A DNA stretch of 64,000 bases from Alphaproteobacteria bacterium (GTDB lineage Bacteria; Pseudomonadota; Alphaproteobacteria; UBA9219). The stretch is taken from assembly GCA_028866275.1 (NCBI GenBank), contig JAGWIK010000001.1, positions 63,524-127,523 of the forward strand, written 5' to 3'. The notes beneath the pieces are model-generated. The model saw nothing but the letters and a program-made list of their open reading frames with translations, ran no database searches and was not told the DNA's origin. Position numbers and translations under genes: made by a program. This document shows, piece by piece, positions 28,333 to 37,430 of the stretch; within the stretch, counting starts at the first letter, position 1, and every line of letters starts with the position of its first letter.

Positions 28333-28666
28333 CGATATGCGTGGGCCAACGGCGCGGCAGCGCCAGCATGACATCAAAACGCAGATGGCAACCGGCATAG
28401 CGCGGGTGACGCATAACAAAATCCTGAAGCGCGCGGGCAATGCGCGCGCGTTGCGGCGGCTGAATGGAAGCCAGAGCCTCATCCCGCGTTGCCCGCGCCT
28501 TGACTTCGACCGCGATCACGGTGCGCCCGCGCCCCGCGACAATATCAATCTCGCCCATCGGGGTTTTATAACGCGTGGCAAGAATGCGATAGCATTTCAA
28601 CCGCAAGGCCAGCCGGCACAGGCTTTCGGCGTCGATGCCGGTTTTATAGGATGTGCGCGCCTTCAT
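28310..28666 (-). CDS. yraN: YraN family protein (UPF0102)
   Basis: GEIDIVA, VEVKAR and RFDV motifs. Confidence 0.9.
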   Translation of the reverse strand: MKARTSYKTGIDAESLCRLALRLKCYRILATRYKTPMGEIDIVAGRGRTVIAVEVKARATRDEALASIQPPQRARIARALQDFVMRHPRYAGCHLRFDVMLALPRRWPTHIVNAWRVE

Positions 28667-29577
28667 GCGCTTTCCAACGCCAGCGCGCGCGCGTAAATCT
28701 GTTTTTTGGCAATGCCGGTCATCGCTGCGACCTCGGCGACCGCGTCGCGCACCGACATGGCCCCCAGCCGCGCGCGCAACAACGCGTCGATATCGGCGGG
28801 CACGGATTCGCCACCGCCGCGTTCGACAAGAATAACGACCTCGCCTTTCACGCTGTTTTCCGCGTAAAAAGCCGCCAATTCACCCAGCGTGCCGCGCCGC
28901 GTTTCTTCATAAAATTTCGTCAGCTCGCGCGCCACGACGGCCTGACGCGCCGCGCCGAGGATTTCGGCCATATCGGCAAGGCCCGGTGCCAATCGCGCGG
29001 GCGATTCATAAAACATCAATGTGGCTTCGGCGGTTTTCAATGCCGCCAGCTCGGTACGCCGCGCCGCGCTTTTGGGCGGCAGAAATCCGGCGAATAAAAA
29101 ACGGTCGGTCGGCAACCCGCTGCCCGCCAACGCGGTCAGCGCGGCATTCGCGCCCGGTATCACGGTCACGGGCAATCCGGCATCGCGGCAGGCGCGAACG
29201 ATCTTGAAACCGGGGTCGGCAATGGCGGGCATGCCGGCGTCGCTGATCAACGCCACGGCTTCGCCATCCCGTATGCGGCGCGTCATATCGACGACGCGCG
29301 CGTCTTCGTTATGATCGTGACAGGATAAAGTCGGTTTCCGGATGCCGAAGGCATGCAGCAGAACGCCGCTGGTGCGCGTGTCTTCGCAGGCGATAACATC
29401 GGCCTGCGCCAGAACGGTCAACGCGCGCAACGTGATGTCGCCCATATGGCCGATGGGCGTCGCGACGATATACAACCCATGCGACAGTTTACAGCCCGCG
29501 TCATTCCCGCTAGCTTCTAGAACCTTTCGGCCCAACAGCGGATAATCCGGCGATGAAACTTTCTTTTCCCCTGACAT
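28663..29577 (-). CDS. rsmI: 16S rRNA (cytidine1402-2'-O)-methyltransferase (start uncertain)
   Basis: LYIVATPIG, CEDTR, ISDAGMPAIADPG, FYESP and RELTK motifs. Confidence 0.95.
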   Translation of the reverse strand: MSGEKKVSSPDYPLLGRKVLEASGNDAGCKLSHGLYIVATPIGHMGDITLRALTVLAQADVIACEDTRTSGVLLHAFGIRKPTLSCHDHNEDARVVDMTRRIRDGEAVALISDAGMPAIADPGFKIVRACRDAGLPVTVIPGANAALTALAGSGLPTDRFLFAGFLPPKSAARRTELAALKTAEATLMFYESPARLAPGLADMAEILGAARQAVVARELTKFYEETRRGTLGELAAFYAENSVKGEVVILVERGGGESVPADIDALLRARLGAMSVRDAVAEVAAMTGIAKKQIYARALALESA

Positions 29578-30860
29578 GCGGCGGCGCGGTCCTGATGCTG
29601 GCGTTGAACGGTTGTGCCGGGATGTTATCGCAAGAACCGCCCGCAGGCCAGACGGCAACTTACCACCCGCCTTATGAACAGCCCGCGCCCTATGAACAAG
29701 GCTATTGGCAAAATGTCTCGCCCAATATCCGCAACCCCGCGGCGGCGCCATCCGTTCAGGCCCAGACTTTGCCGTCGATCACGCCTGTCCCGCAACCCGC
29801 CGCGCCCGTGGTTATCCCCGCGCCTGCCGCGGCGGCGTCCGGCACTGTCAAAGTCGCCATTCTGTTGCCGCTCAGCGGCCGCAATGCCGCGCTGGGTCAG
29901 GCGATGCTGAACGCGGCGCAACAGGCGGTGTTCGACAGCGCCGCGCCGAATTTCGCCCTGCAACCGCACGACACCGCGGCGGCAGGCGGTGCGGCGGCGG
30001 CGGCGCAACAGGCGGTCGATGGCGGCGCGCAATTGATTATCGGGCCGCTCTTCGCATCGAACATTCCCGCGGTGGAAAAAATCGCCGCGGGCGCAAACAT
30101 TGATATGTTGCCGCTGTCTTCCGACACCGCCCTGGCGCAACGCGGCGTTTATGTGATGGGGCTTGCCCCCGCGGCGCAGGTCGACCGCGTCGTCGCCTAT
30201 GCCGCCGCGCGCGGCATTCGCCGTTTTGCCGCCCTTGTGCCCTCGACGCCTTACGGCGCGCTGGTCGACGGCGCGTTCCGGCAGGCGGTCTTGCGACATG
30301 GCGGCACGGTGGTCGATGACGAAACTTTTACCACGGCGCAGGATATCGGCAGCGCCGTCAAAAATCTGGCGCAATTGCGCGACCAGATCGACGGGCTGTT
30401 TTTGCCGGAAAGCGGCGCCAATCTTAAAATCGCGACCGATCAACTGACAGCATCGGGATTTGCCGCGGCGCAAATGCATATTATGGGCACCGGGTTATGG
30501 GACGTGCCGGGGCTGGGCCAGCAAAACCCCATGCTGGTCGGCGCGTGGTACGCCGCGCCCGACCCCGCCGCGCGGCACAATTTCGTTGCGGCCTATGCGG
30601 CGGCCTATGGACAGGAACCGCCGCGCCTTGCCACGCTGGCTTATGATGCGACCGCGCTGGCCGCCGTTCTGGCCAAACGCGGCGGCCGTTATGACGATGC
30701 CGCCTTGATGAACCCCAACGGCTTTGCCGGGCTTGACGGCATCTTCCGCCTGCACCCCGACGGTTCGGTCGAACGCGAACTGGCCGTCGACCAGGTCACG
30801 GCCGACGGCGCGCAGGTGATTGACCGCGCCCCCGTCAGTTTCGTCAATCAGGCGCATTGA
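29553..30860 (+). CDS. Penicillin-binding protein activator LpoA/YraM-like lipoprotein
   Basis: Lipobox LNGC; VAILLPLSG, IIGPLF, LAYDA and GFAGLDGIFR motifs; divergent from rsmI. Confidence 0.88.
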   Translation: MKLSFPLTCGGAVLMLALNGCAGMLSQEPPAGQTATYHPPYEQPAPYEQGYWQNVSPNIRNPAAAPSVQAQTLPSITPVPQPAAPVVIPAPAAAASGTVKVAILLPLSGRNAALGQAMLNAAQQAVFDSAAPNFALQPHDTAAAGGAAAAAQQAVDGGAQLIIGPLFASNIPAVEKIAAGANIDMLPLSSDTALAQRGVYVMGLAPAAQVDRVVAYAAARGIRRFAALVPSTPYGALVDGAFRQAVLRHGGTVVDDETFTTAQDIGSAVKNLAQLRDQIDGLFLPESGANLKIATDQLTASGFAAAQMHIMGTGLWDVPGLGQQNPMLVGAWYAAPDPAARHNFVAAYAAAYGQEPPRLATLAYDATALAAVLAKRGGRYDDAALMNPNGFAGLDGIFRLHPDGSVERELAVDQVTADGAQVIDRAPVSFVNQAH

Positions 30861-32179
30861 TGGACGCGCCGCGTCCCGTTCTCCGCCGCCGCGCCGTCGC
30901 CGCGATTGTGCTGGGCAACGCGCTGGAATTTTATGACTTCACGGTTTACGTCTTTTTCGCGGTGTCGATCGGCCACGCGTTCTTTCCGGCAAAAAACCCG
31001 ACCGACAGCCTGCTCGCCTCGCTCGCGCTTTTCGGGCTCGGTTATGTCATGCGCCCTGTCGGCGGGCTCGTCATCGGTTCGTTCGCCGACCGCGCGGGAC
31101 GTAAACCCGCCATGCTTCTCACCATTTTATTGATGGCAATCGGCATGCTGATGCTTGCCGCCGCCCCGGGTTATGATGTTCTGGGCGGATGGGCACAGGT
31201 CATCGTTATCATCGGCCGGTTGATTCAGGGCTTCGCGCTGGGCGGCGATGTCGGGCCGGCCACGGCATATCTGCTGGAATCCGCACCGCCCCACCGCCGC
31301 GCCTTTGTCACCAGCTGGCAGATCGCCAGCCAGGGCTGCGCCGCGTTGTTTTCCGGTTTGGCCGCGTCGCTGCTGGCGCATCTGTTCGGCGATGCCGCTA
31401 TGGGAATGTGGGGATGGCGCGTCATGTTCGCGCTTGGCCTTGTCATCGTGCCGGTCGGTTTTGTCATCCGCGCCCGGTTGCCGGAAACCGTTTCCGGACA
31501 AGACGAAACGACCGAAATATCGCCCTTGCTGCGTACGGGCCGCGACGTCGTCATGCGTCTGCTGCGCGACCATGGCCGGACGTTGTTCCTGACATTCCTT
31601 GTGATCGCCGCATCGACGGTGTCGAACGCCATCGGCACCAATATGCCGGTTTATGCGCGCGCAACTTTGGGGATGACCGAAACCGTATCCGCCGCCGTGC
31701 CCATTGCGCTGGGCGTCGCGTCGATTGTGTTTCCGCTGCTGGGCGGATGGCTGGCCGACCGCTACGGGCGACGGCCCGTGATGATCTGGCCGCGCGCGGT
31801 TATCCTTTGTCTGGCCGTGCCCGTTTTTGCGGCGTTGGCGCATGCGCCGACAGCAGCCGCCATTTACGCCGTCACTTTTCTGATGTCGGCCCTGTCGTCG
31901 ATTAATGCCGCGGCGATTATCACCGGCATTCCCGAATCCCTGCCGCGCGCCGTGCGCAGCACCGGGCTGGCGATCGTCTATGCGCTGGCTGTCTCCATCT
32001 TTGGCGGCAGCACGAACTATATCGTCAACAAATTGATCGTGGCCACGGGCGATACCCTCGCCCCCGCTTATTATCTTGCCGCTTTCGGCCTCATCGGCAC
32101 GGTTGCGGCGTGGTTATTACCCGAAACGCGGGGACGGCCTGTGGCGGCGCTTGACTCAGGCCAGACGCGGCAGGCGTAA
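30860..32179 (+). CDS. MFS transporter, metabolite:H+ symporter (ProP/CitA-like)
   Basis: GNALEFYDF, DRAGRK, RLIQGFALGG and LPET motifs. Confidence 0.92.
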   Translation: MDAPRPVLRRRAVAAIVLGNALEFYDFTVYVFFAVSIGHAFFPAKNPTDSLLASLALFGLGYVMRPVGGLVIGSFADRAGRKPAMLLTILLMAIGMLMLAAAPGYDVLGGWAQVIVIIGRLIQGFALGGDVGPATAYLLESAPPHRRAFVTSWQIASQGCAALFSGLAASLLAHLFGDAAMGMWGWRVMFALGLVIVPVGFVIRARLPETVSGQDETTEISPLLRTGRDVVMRLLRDHGRTLFLTFLVIAASTVSNAIGTNMPVYARATLGMTETVSAAVPIALGVASIVFPLLGGWLADRYGRRPVMIWPRAVILCLAVPVFAALAHAPTAAAIYAVTFLMSALSSINAAAIITGIPESLPRAVRSTGLAIVYALAVSIFGGSTNYIVNKLIVATGDTLAPAYYLAAFGLIGTVAAWLLPETRGRPVAALDSGQTRQA

Positions 32180-32275
32180 AATCACAACTTACGGTCACAA
32201 ATCCGGCAGGGCTGGACTTGGCCGGCATCAGCCTGTAGCCTCTCCTTTTTTCGCGTCTGTAAAGATTCCCTCCTG

Positions 32276-33187
32276 ATGACTTTGTCCCGTTTTCTCGCCG
32301 TCTCTTCGTTATGCGCCCTGCTGGCGGCCTGTGCCTCCGCGCCGTCGGGCAACGAATCCGCGCCCGAAACGGCGCAGGGCTATTACAAAGTCGGCAAACC
32401 CTATCAAATCAACGGCAACTGGTATTACCCGCACGAAGATTACAGCTATGACCAAACCGGCATCGCCTCGTGGTACGGCCCGTCTTTTGTCGGGCAACGC
32501 ACGGCGAACGGCGAAATTTTTACCAAAAACGAATTGACGGCGGCGCATAAAACCTTGCCTTTGCCCACATTGGCGCGCGTCACCAATCTGGAAAACGGCC
32601 GGTCGATCGTGGTGCGCATCAATGACCGCGGGCCGTTTTCGGGGTCGCGCATCATCGACGTGTCCGAACGCGCCGCGCAATTGCTGGGCTTCGAACAACA
32701 AGGCACGGCGCGCGTGCGCGTTCAGGTTCTGGCCGACGAAAGCAAGGCCATCGCCGACGCCATGCGCCATTACGGCACGGCGGCGCCTGCCGTGGCTGCG
32801 ACCCAGGAAGGCGAACAGGAACAGGTCGCCAGCGCCGCGCCGCAACAGGCCGTGCAAACGGAAACCCTGGCGCCGGTGCGAACGACGCCCGCCATCCACC
32901 GGCAATTGGAAGCAACCCAACCCGTGCCCGAAGTCGTGCAGATGCCCGTCCCCGCCTCGACGCGGCTTTATGTGCAAGCCGGGGCGTTCACACAGCCCCA
33001 GAATGCAGAAAGACTGCAACAAAATCTGGCGCGTTTCGGCAATACGACGGTTTCGCCCATTGTCATCAATGGAACCAAGTTCTATCGTGTCCGCGTCGGG
33101 CCGGTAGCCAGCGTGCCCCGGGCCGATGCCTTGATATTGGAATTGAAAAAAGCGGGCGCATCCGGCGCCCGCACGGTCGTTGAATAA
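32276..33187 (+). CDS. rlpA: Septal ring lytic transglycosylase RlpA (DPBB + SPOR)
   Basis: Lipobox; GIASWYG, TAAHKTLP, INDRGPF and VQAGAF motifs. Confidence 0.96.
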   Translation: MTLSRFLAVSSLCALLAACASAPSGNESAPETAQGYYKVGKPYQINGNWYYPHEDYSYDQTGIASWYGPSFVGQRTANGEIFTKNELTAAHKTLPLPTLARVTNLENGRSIVVRINDRGPFSGSRIIDVSERAAQLLGFEQQGTARVRVQVLADESKAIADAMRHYGTAAPAVAATQEGEQEQVASAAPQQAVQTETLAPVRTTPAIHRQLEATQPVPEVVQMPVPASTRLYVQAGAFTQPQNAERLQQNLARFGNTTVSPIVINGTKFYRVRVGPVASVPRADALILELKKAGASGARTVVE

Positions 33188-33250
33188 GGCGCGTTGTATT
33201 GCTGTTGTGTAGGTTGTGTATGGCAATGGCGCGCCGATGATGGGGAAAAC

Positions 33251-34495
33251 ATGAAAAACAAAACCGCTTTATTGCTTGTCCTGACCGCGCTGGCCGTTCC
33301 GGCGCAGGCGCAAACCGTGGCGCAACCGCTGGCGGTTCCCATCACCCAGACCGCCGCTGCGCCGGCCGCGCCTGCCGCGCCCGACGTCACCGTGCCTTTG
33401 CTGTCGCCGCAATCGCAAAACCTTGTCGCGCCGCTCGACCTTGCCGCCAAGCAGGCGATTTTAATCGACGTGCCCACAGGCGCCGTTTTGTACGCCCTGA
33501 ACGCCGACCAACATATGCCGACCTCGTCGATGAGCAAGATGCTGACGCTCTATTTGGTGTTCGAGGCGCTGAAGGACGGCAAACTGCATCTGACCGATAA
33601 AATCCGCATCAGCCCGCACGCCTTCTCGCAGCCCGGATCGCGCATGTTTTTGAACGCGGGGCAGGAAGTCAGCGTCGAAGATCTTATCCGTGGCGTCGCC
33701 ATCCAATCCGGCAACGACGCCGCCGTGGCGCTGGCCGAAGCGTTAGGGTCGGGGTCGGAGCCCACCTTCGTCGATATGATGAACGCAAAAGCGCGCGAAC
33801 TGGGCATGGCCAACAGCCATTTCGTCGACGCGACGGGCTTGCCCGATCCCGATCATTATTCCACGGCCCGCGACCTCGCGACGCTGGCGCTGGCCTTGAT
33901 GCGCAATTTCCCCGAATATTACCATTATTTTTCCGAAATCGACTTCACCTTCAACGGCATCAAACAGGGTAATCGCAACCCCTTGCTGTATCGCAGCATG
34001 GGCTGCGACGGGATCAAAACCGGCCACACCGATGTCGGCGGCTATGGGTTGACGACGTCATGCGTGCAAAACGGCCGCCGCCTGCTCGCCGTGGTCAATG
34101 GCATGGACAGCATGCAGGCGCGCGCCGACGAACCGGCCAAGCTGATCGATTACGGCTATCGCGAATTCGGCGATTATCCCATCGTCAAGGCGGGCGATGT
34201 CATGGCCAGGGCCGCCATATGGCAAGGCCAGGCCGCGACCGTTCCCGTTATCGCCACACAGGATCTGACAATATCGCTGCCGCGCGCGTCGCGCGACGGG
34301 CTCAAGGCTATCGTGACATTCGACCAACCTTTGGCCGCCCCCGTGCGCAAAGGCCAGCAAATCGGCACGCTGACGGTCACCGCGCCCGGCGTCGCCGATC
34401 GTCAAATTTCCCTTGTCGCCGCCAACGATGTCGCCCGCGTCGGTTTCTTTGCCCGCGCGTGGGATAATCTGAAACTGATGCTGCACGGGAAATAA
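33251..34495 (+). CDS. dacA: D-alanyl-D-alanine carboxypeptidase (PBP5/6)
   Basis: SMSK, SGN and KTG active-site motifs. Confidence 0.93.
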   Translation: MKNKTALLLVLTALAVPAQAQTVAQPLAVPITQTAAAPAAPAAPDVTVPLLSPQSQNLVAPLDLAAKQAILIDVPTGAVLYALNADQHMPTSSMSKMLTLYLVFEALKDGKLHLTDKIRISPHAFSQPGSRMFLNAGQEVSVEDLIRGVAIQSGNDAAVALAEALGSGSEPTFVDMMNAKARELGMANSHFVDATGLPDPDHYSTARDLATLALALMRNFPEYYHYFSEIDFTFNGIKQGNRNPLLYRSMGCDGIKTGHTDVGGYGLTTSCVQNGRRLLAVVNGMDSMQARADEPAKLIDYGYREFGDYPIVKAGDVMARAAIWQGQAATVPVIATQDLTISLPRASRDGLKAIVTFDQPLAAPVRKGQQIGTLTVTAPGVADRQISLVAANDVARVGFFARAWDNLKLMLHGK

Positions 34496-34498
34496 AGA

Positions 34499-35128
34499 AT
34501 GCCGCGCGGCAGATTCATCACATTGGAAGGCGGCGAAGGCGCGGGAAAATCGACTCAGGTAAAAAAACTCGCGGCGTTTTTGCGCGGCAAGGGCATCGAC
34601 ACCGTGCAAACGCGCGAAGTCGGCGGGTCGCCGTCCGCCGAAGCCATCCGCGACTTGTGGCTCGCGCCCAAAGACGGCCATTGGGACGCAATGACCGAAT
34701 TGCTGCTGATCAATGCGGCGCGGCGAGAACATCTGGTCAAAACGGTGTTTCCCGCGCTCGATGCGGGCCAATGGGTGGTATGCGACCGTTTCGCCGATTC
34801 CACCCGCGCCTATCAGGGCGTCGGGCTGGGGCTGGGCATGGACGCCGCCGATTCCGTTTATCGCCTCATCGCGCCGGGGTTTGAACCCGACCTGACTTTG
34901 TTGCTCGACCTGCCGGTTGAAGAAGGCCTCGCCCGCATGGCCGCGCGCGGCGGACAGGACGACCGTTATCAGCAAAAACCCGCCGCGTTCCATCAAAAAT
35001 TGCGCGACGCCTATCTGGCGCTGGCCGACACGCACAAAAACCGGTTCCGTGTCATCGACGCGGCGCATGACCCCGCAACGGTGGCGGCGTCGATCGAACA
35101 GGCCGTGCGCGCGTGGTTCGGGTTATGA
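34499..35128 (+). CDS. tmk: Thymidylate kinase
   Basis: EGGEGAGKST, CDRF, AYQG and PDLT motifs. Confidence 0.97.
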   Translation: MPRGRFITLEGGEGAGKSTQVKKLAAFLRGKGIDTVQTREVGGSPSAEAIRDLWLAPKDGHWDAMTELLLINAARREHLVKTVFPALDAGQWVVCDRFADSTRAYQGVGLGLGMDAADSVYRLIAPGFEPDLTLLLDLPVEEGLARMAARGGQDDRYQQKPAAFHQKLRDAYLALADTHKNRFRVIDAAHDPATVAASIEQAVRAWFGL

Positions 35129-36063
35129 CCGAAACCGCCTTCCATCTCGTCGGCCACGACGAAGCGATGCGTGAAATCAAAACCGCCTTTGCTTCCGGCC
35201 GCATGCATCACGCCTGGCTGCTGACCGGCATCGAAGGCATCGGCAAGGCGACGCTGGCCAAACATATCGCCGGTTTCGTGCTGGCCGGCGCGGAAAAACT
35301 GGTTGCCGCCGAAACCCATCCCGACATGTTGACAATCCGTCGCCCCACCGATGACAAAACCGGCGAACAGAAAAACATCATCCCTGTCGACGAAGCGCTC
35401 AAAGTCTCGACTTTCCTGCGCAAAACCGCGACCCATGGCGGCTGGCGCGTCGTGATTATCGACGATGCGCACGCGCTGAACCGCAATGCACAGAACGCCA
35501 TTTTGAAAATTATCGAAGAACCGCCGCCGCGCACGCTGATCCTGATCACGGTGACGACGCCCGGCGCGCTTTTGCCGACCATACGGTCGCGTTGCCGCGT
35601 CCTGCCGCTGGCGCCGCTGGAACCGGCCCATATGCACACGATTCTGCATGCATCCGCGCCGCAGCTATCGACCGATGACGTCAAGGCGTTGATCGACTTG
35701 TCGGGTGGCAGCATCGGCTTCGCGCTGAAAATCCTGCGCAGCGAAGTCCTGCCTTTGTATCGCGAAACGCTGGCCATTCTCGACGGGTTGCCGCAGCTTG
35801 ACATCCCGCGGCTGCATAAACTCGCCGATCAAATCGCGCGCAAGGCCGATGCCGAAAGCTTCGACGTGCTGACTGCGCTGCTCACCGACCGGCTGCGCCG
35901 CGCCGTGCATGACGAAGCGACGGCGACGCCCGTGGGCCGCGTCGACCTCGCGCTTCAGCTTTGGGACAAAACGCGGGCTACCTTCGCCGTCGCCGACCGC
36001 GCCCATCTCGACCGCAAACTCGCTTTCATCAACGCCGTTACCGATATTCGCGCCGCGGTTTAA
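35125..36063 (+). CDS. holB: DNA polymerase III delta-prime subunit
   Basis: HAWLLTG..GIGK, HPD, NAILKIIEEPP and TIRSRC motifs. Confidence 0.94.
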   Translation: MTETAFHLVGHDEAMREIKTAFASGRMHHAWLLTGIEGIGKATLAKHIAGFVLAGAEKLVAAETHPDMLTIRRPTDDKTGEQKNIIPVDEALKVSTFLRKTATHGGWRVVIIDDAHALNRNAQNAILKIIEEPPPRTLILITVTTPGALLPTIRSRCRVLPLAPLEPAHMHTILHASAPQLSTDDVKALIDLSGGSIGFALKILRSEVLPLYRETLAILDGLPQLDIPRLHKLADQIARKADAESFDVLTALLTDRLRRAVHDEATATPVGRVDLALQLWDKTRATFAVADRAHLDRKLAFINAVTDIRAAV

Positions 36064-36087
36064 CGCTACCGCATCGCCGCAAGGGTT

Positions 36088-36504
36088 TCACATCCCGAAA
36101 ACATGCCGCCGCGCGGCAAAAAAATTGAAAAACATGCCCGCCGCCGTGCCCGCCAGCAGGCCCAGAACCGGATAATGGTAAACCAACGGCACGTTATGCA
36201 CCAATAAACTGTATGTGCCGCGATTGAAAACCAATCCTACCGCGCATATCGCGGCGAATTTCGACAATTGCCGCGCCACCGGCATCGGCGCGGCGTCGCG
36301 AAACGTAAAAACGCGGTTGCCGAACCATGTGAATGTCACGGCAAAGGGGAACGAGAAAAAACCGGCGGCAACGCGCCCCAATCCCAAAACATAGATGCCG
36401 AAATATAAAAACGCGCTGTCGACCACAAAACCCAACGCGCCGACAGCGCCGAATTTGGCGAATTGCCGCACAGTGCCGCGCCAGCGTTGCCATGAATATA
36501 TCAT
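36088..36504 (-). CDS. GtrA family protein (lipid-linked sugar translocase)
   Basis: KFGAVG, NRVFTF, FNFF..RHVF; about four TM helices; ATGA overlap with the upstream GT2. Confidence 0.9.
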   Translation of the reverse strand: MIYSWQRWRGTVRQFAKFGAVGALGFVVDSAFLYFGIYVLGLGRVAAGFFSFPFAVTFTWFGNRVFTFRDAAPMPVARQLSKFAAICAVGLVFNRGTYSLLVHNVPLVYHYPVLGLLAGTAAGMFFNFFAARRHVFGM

Positions 36505-37430
36505 GCCGCGTCGCTGGCCTGCGGTGCGGGGATGTTCAAATACCGCATGCGCTTCATCTCGCGCCGCCCGCGCGTCACGGTTTCCAATATCAATCCGCAG
36601 GCCAGACTCAGGAACGCCAGAATCATCAACCCCATCGACAGAACGGCGGTCGGCAGCCGCGGCACCAAACCGGTATCGATGAAATCCATAACTACAGGGA
36701 TCATCAAAATCGTCGCCACCACCGCCAGAACCAGCGCGATCAACGAAAAAAACGGCATCGGCCTTTCTTCTTTGACCAAAACAACGATGGTCCATAAAAT
36801 GCGGAACCCGTCGCGAAAAGTGCTCAGCTTGCTGATGGATCCTTCGGGCCGGTCTTTATAGGGCGTGGCAATCTCGGCAATCGGCATGCGCAATTCCAAC
36901 GCATGCACGGTCAATTCGGTTTCGGTTTCGAATCCGGCGGCCAGCGCGGGAAAGCTTTTGACATAACGCCGCGACATCACGCGATACCCCGACAACATGT
37001 CGGTGAAACGGCTGCCGAAAATCCACGCCACCATACCGGTCAACAGCCAATTGCCGAAACGATGGCCGGGGCGATAGGCTTTTTCAATATCGGTGACGCG
37101 CGCGCCATTGACCATGTCCAAAGATTCCGCGCACAGGCGGGCGATCATATCGGGGGCCGATGCGGCGTCATAGGTGGCGTCGCCATCGGTCAGAACGTAA
37201 ATATCGGCTTCAATATCCGCGAACATGCGGCGCACGACATTGCCTTTGCCCTGCAACGGCTCGCGGCGCACGATGGCGCCCGCCTGCCGCGCAACCTCGA
37301 CCGTGCGGTCGCGCGAATTATTGTCGTAAACGTAAATATCGGCATGGGGCAGGGCGCGCCGAAAATCGGCCACCGTCTGCGCGATGGCGGCCTCTTCGTT
37401 ATAGCAGGGGATCAAGACGGCGGTTCTCAT
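36501..37430 (-). CDS. GT2 polyprenol-phosphate glycosyltransferase (GtrB/DPM-like)
   Basis: IPCYNEE, DNNSRD, DGD and DMLSGYR motifs; two C-terminal TM helices. Confidence 0.92.
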   Translation of the reverse strand: MRTAVLIPCYNEEAAIAQTVADFRRALPHADIYVYDNNSRDRTVEVARQAGAIVRREPLQGKGNVVRRMFADIEADIYVLTDGDATYDAASAPDMIARLCAESLDMVNGARVTDIEKAYRPGHRFGNWLLTGMVAWIFGSRFTDMLSGYRVMSRRYVKSFPALAAGFETETELTVHALELRMPIAEIATPYKDRPEGSISKLSTFRDGFRILWTIVVLVKEERPMPFFSLIALVLAVVATILMIPVVMDFIDTGLVPRLPTAVLSMGLMILAFLSLACGLILETVTRGRREMKRMRYLNIPAPQASDAA

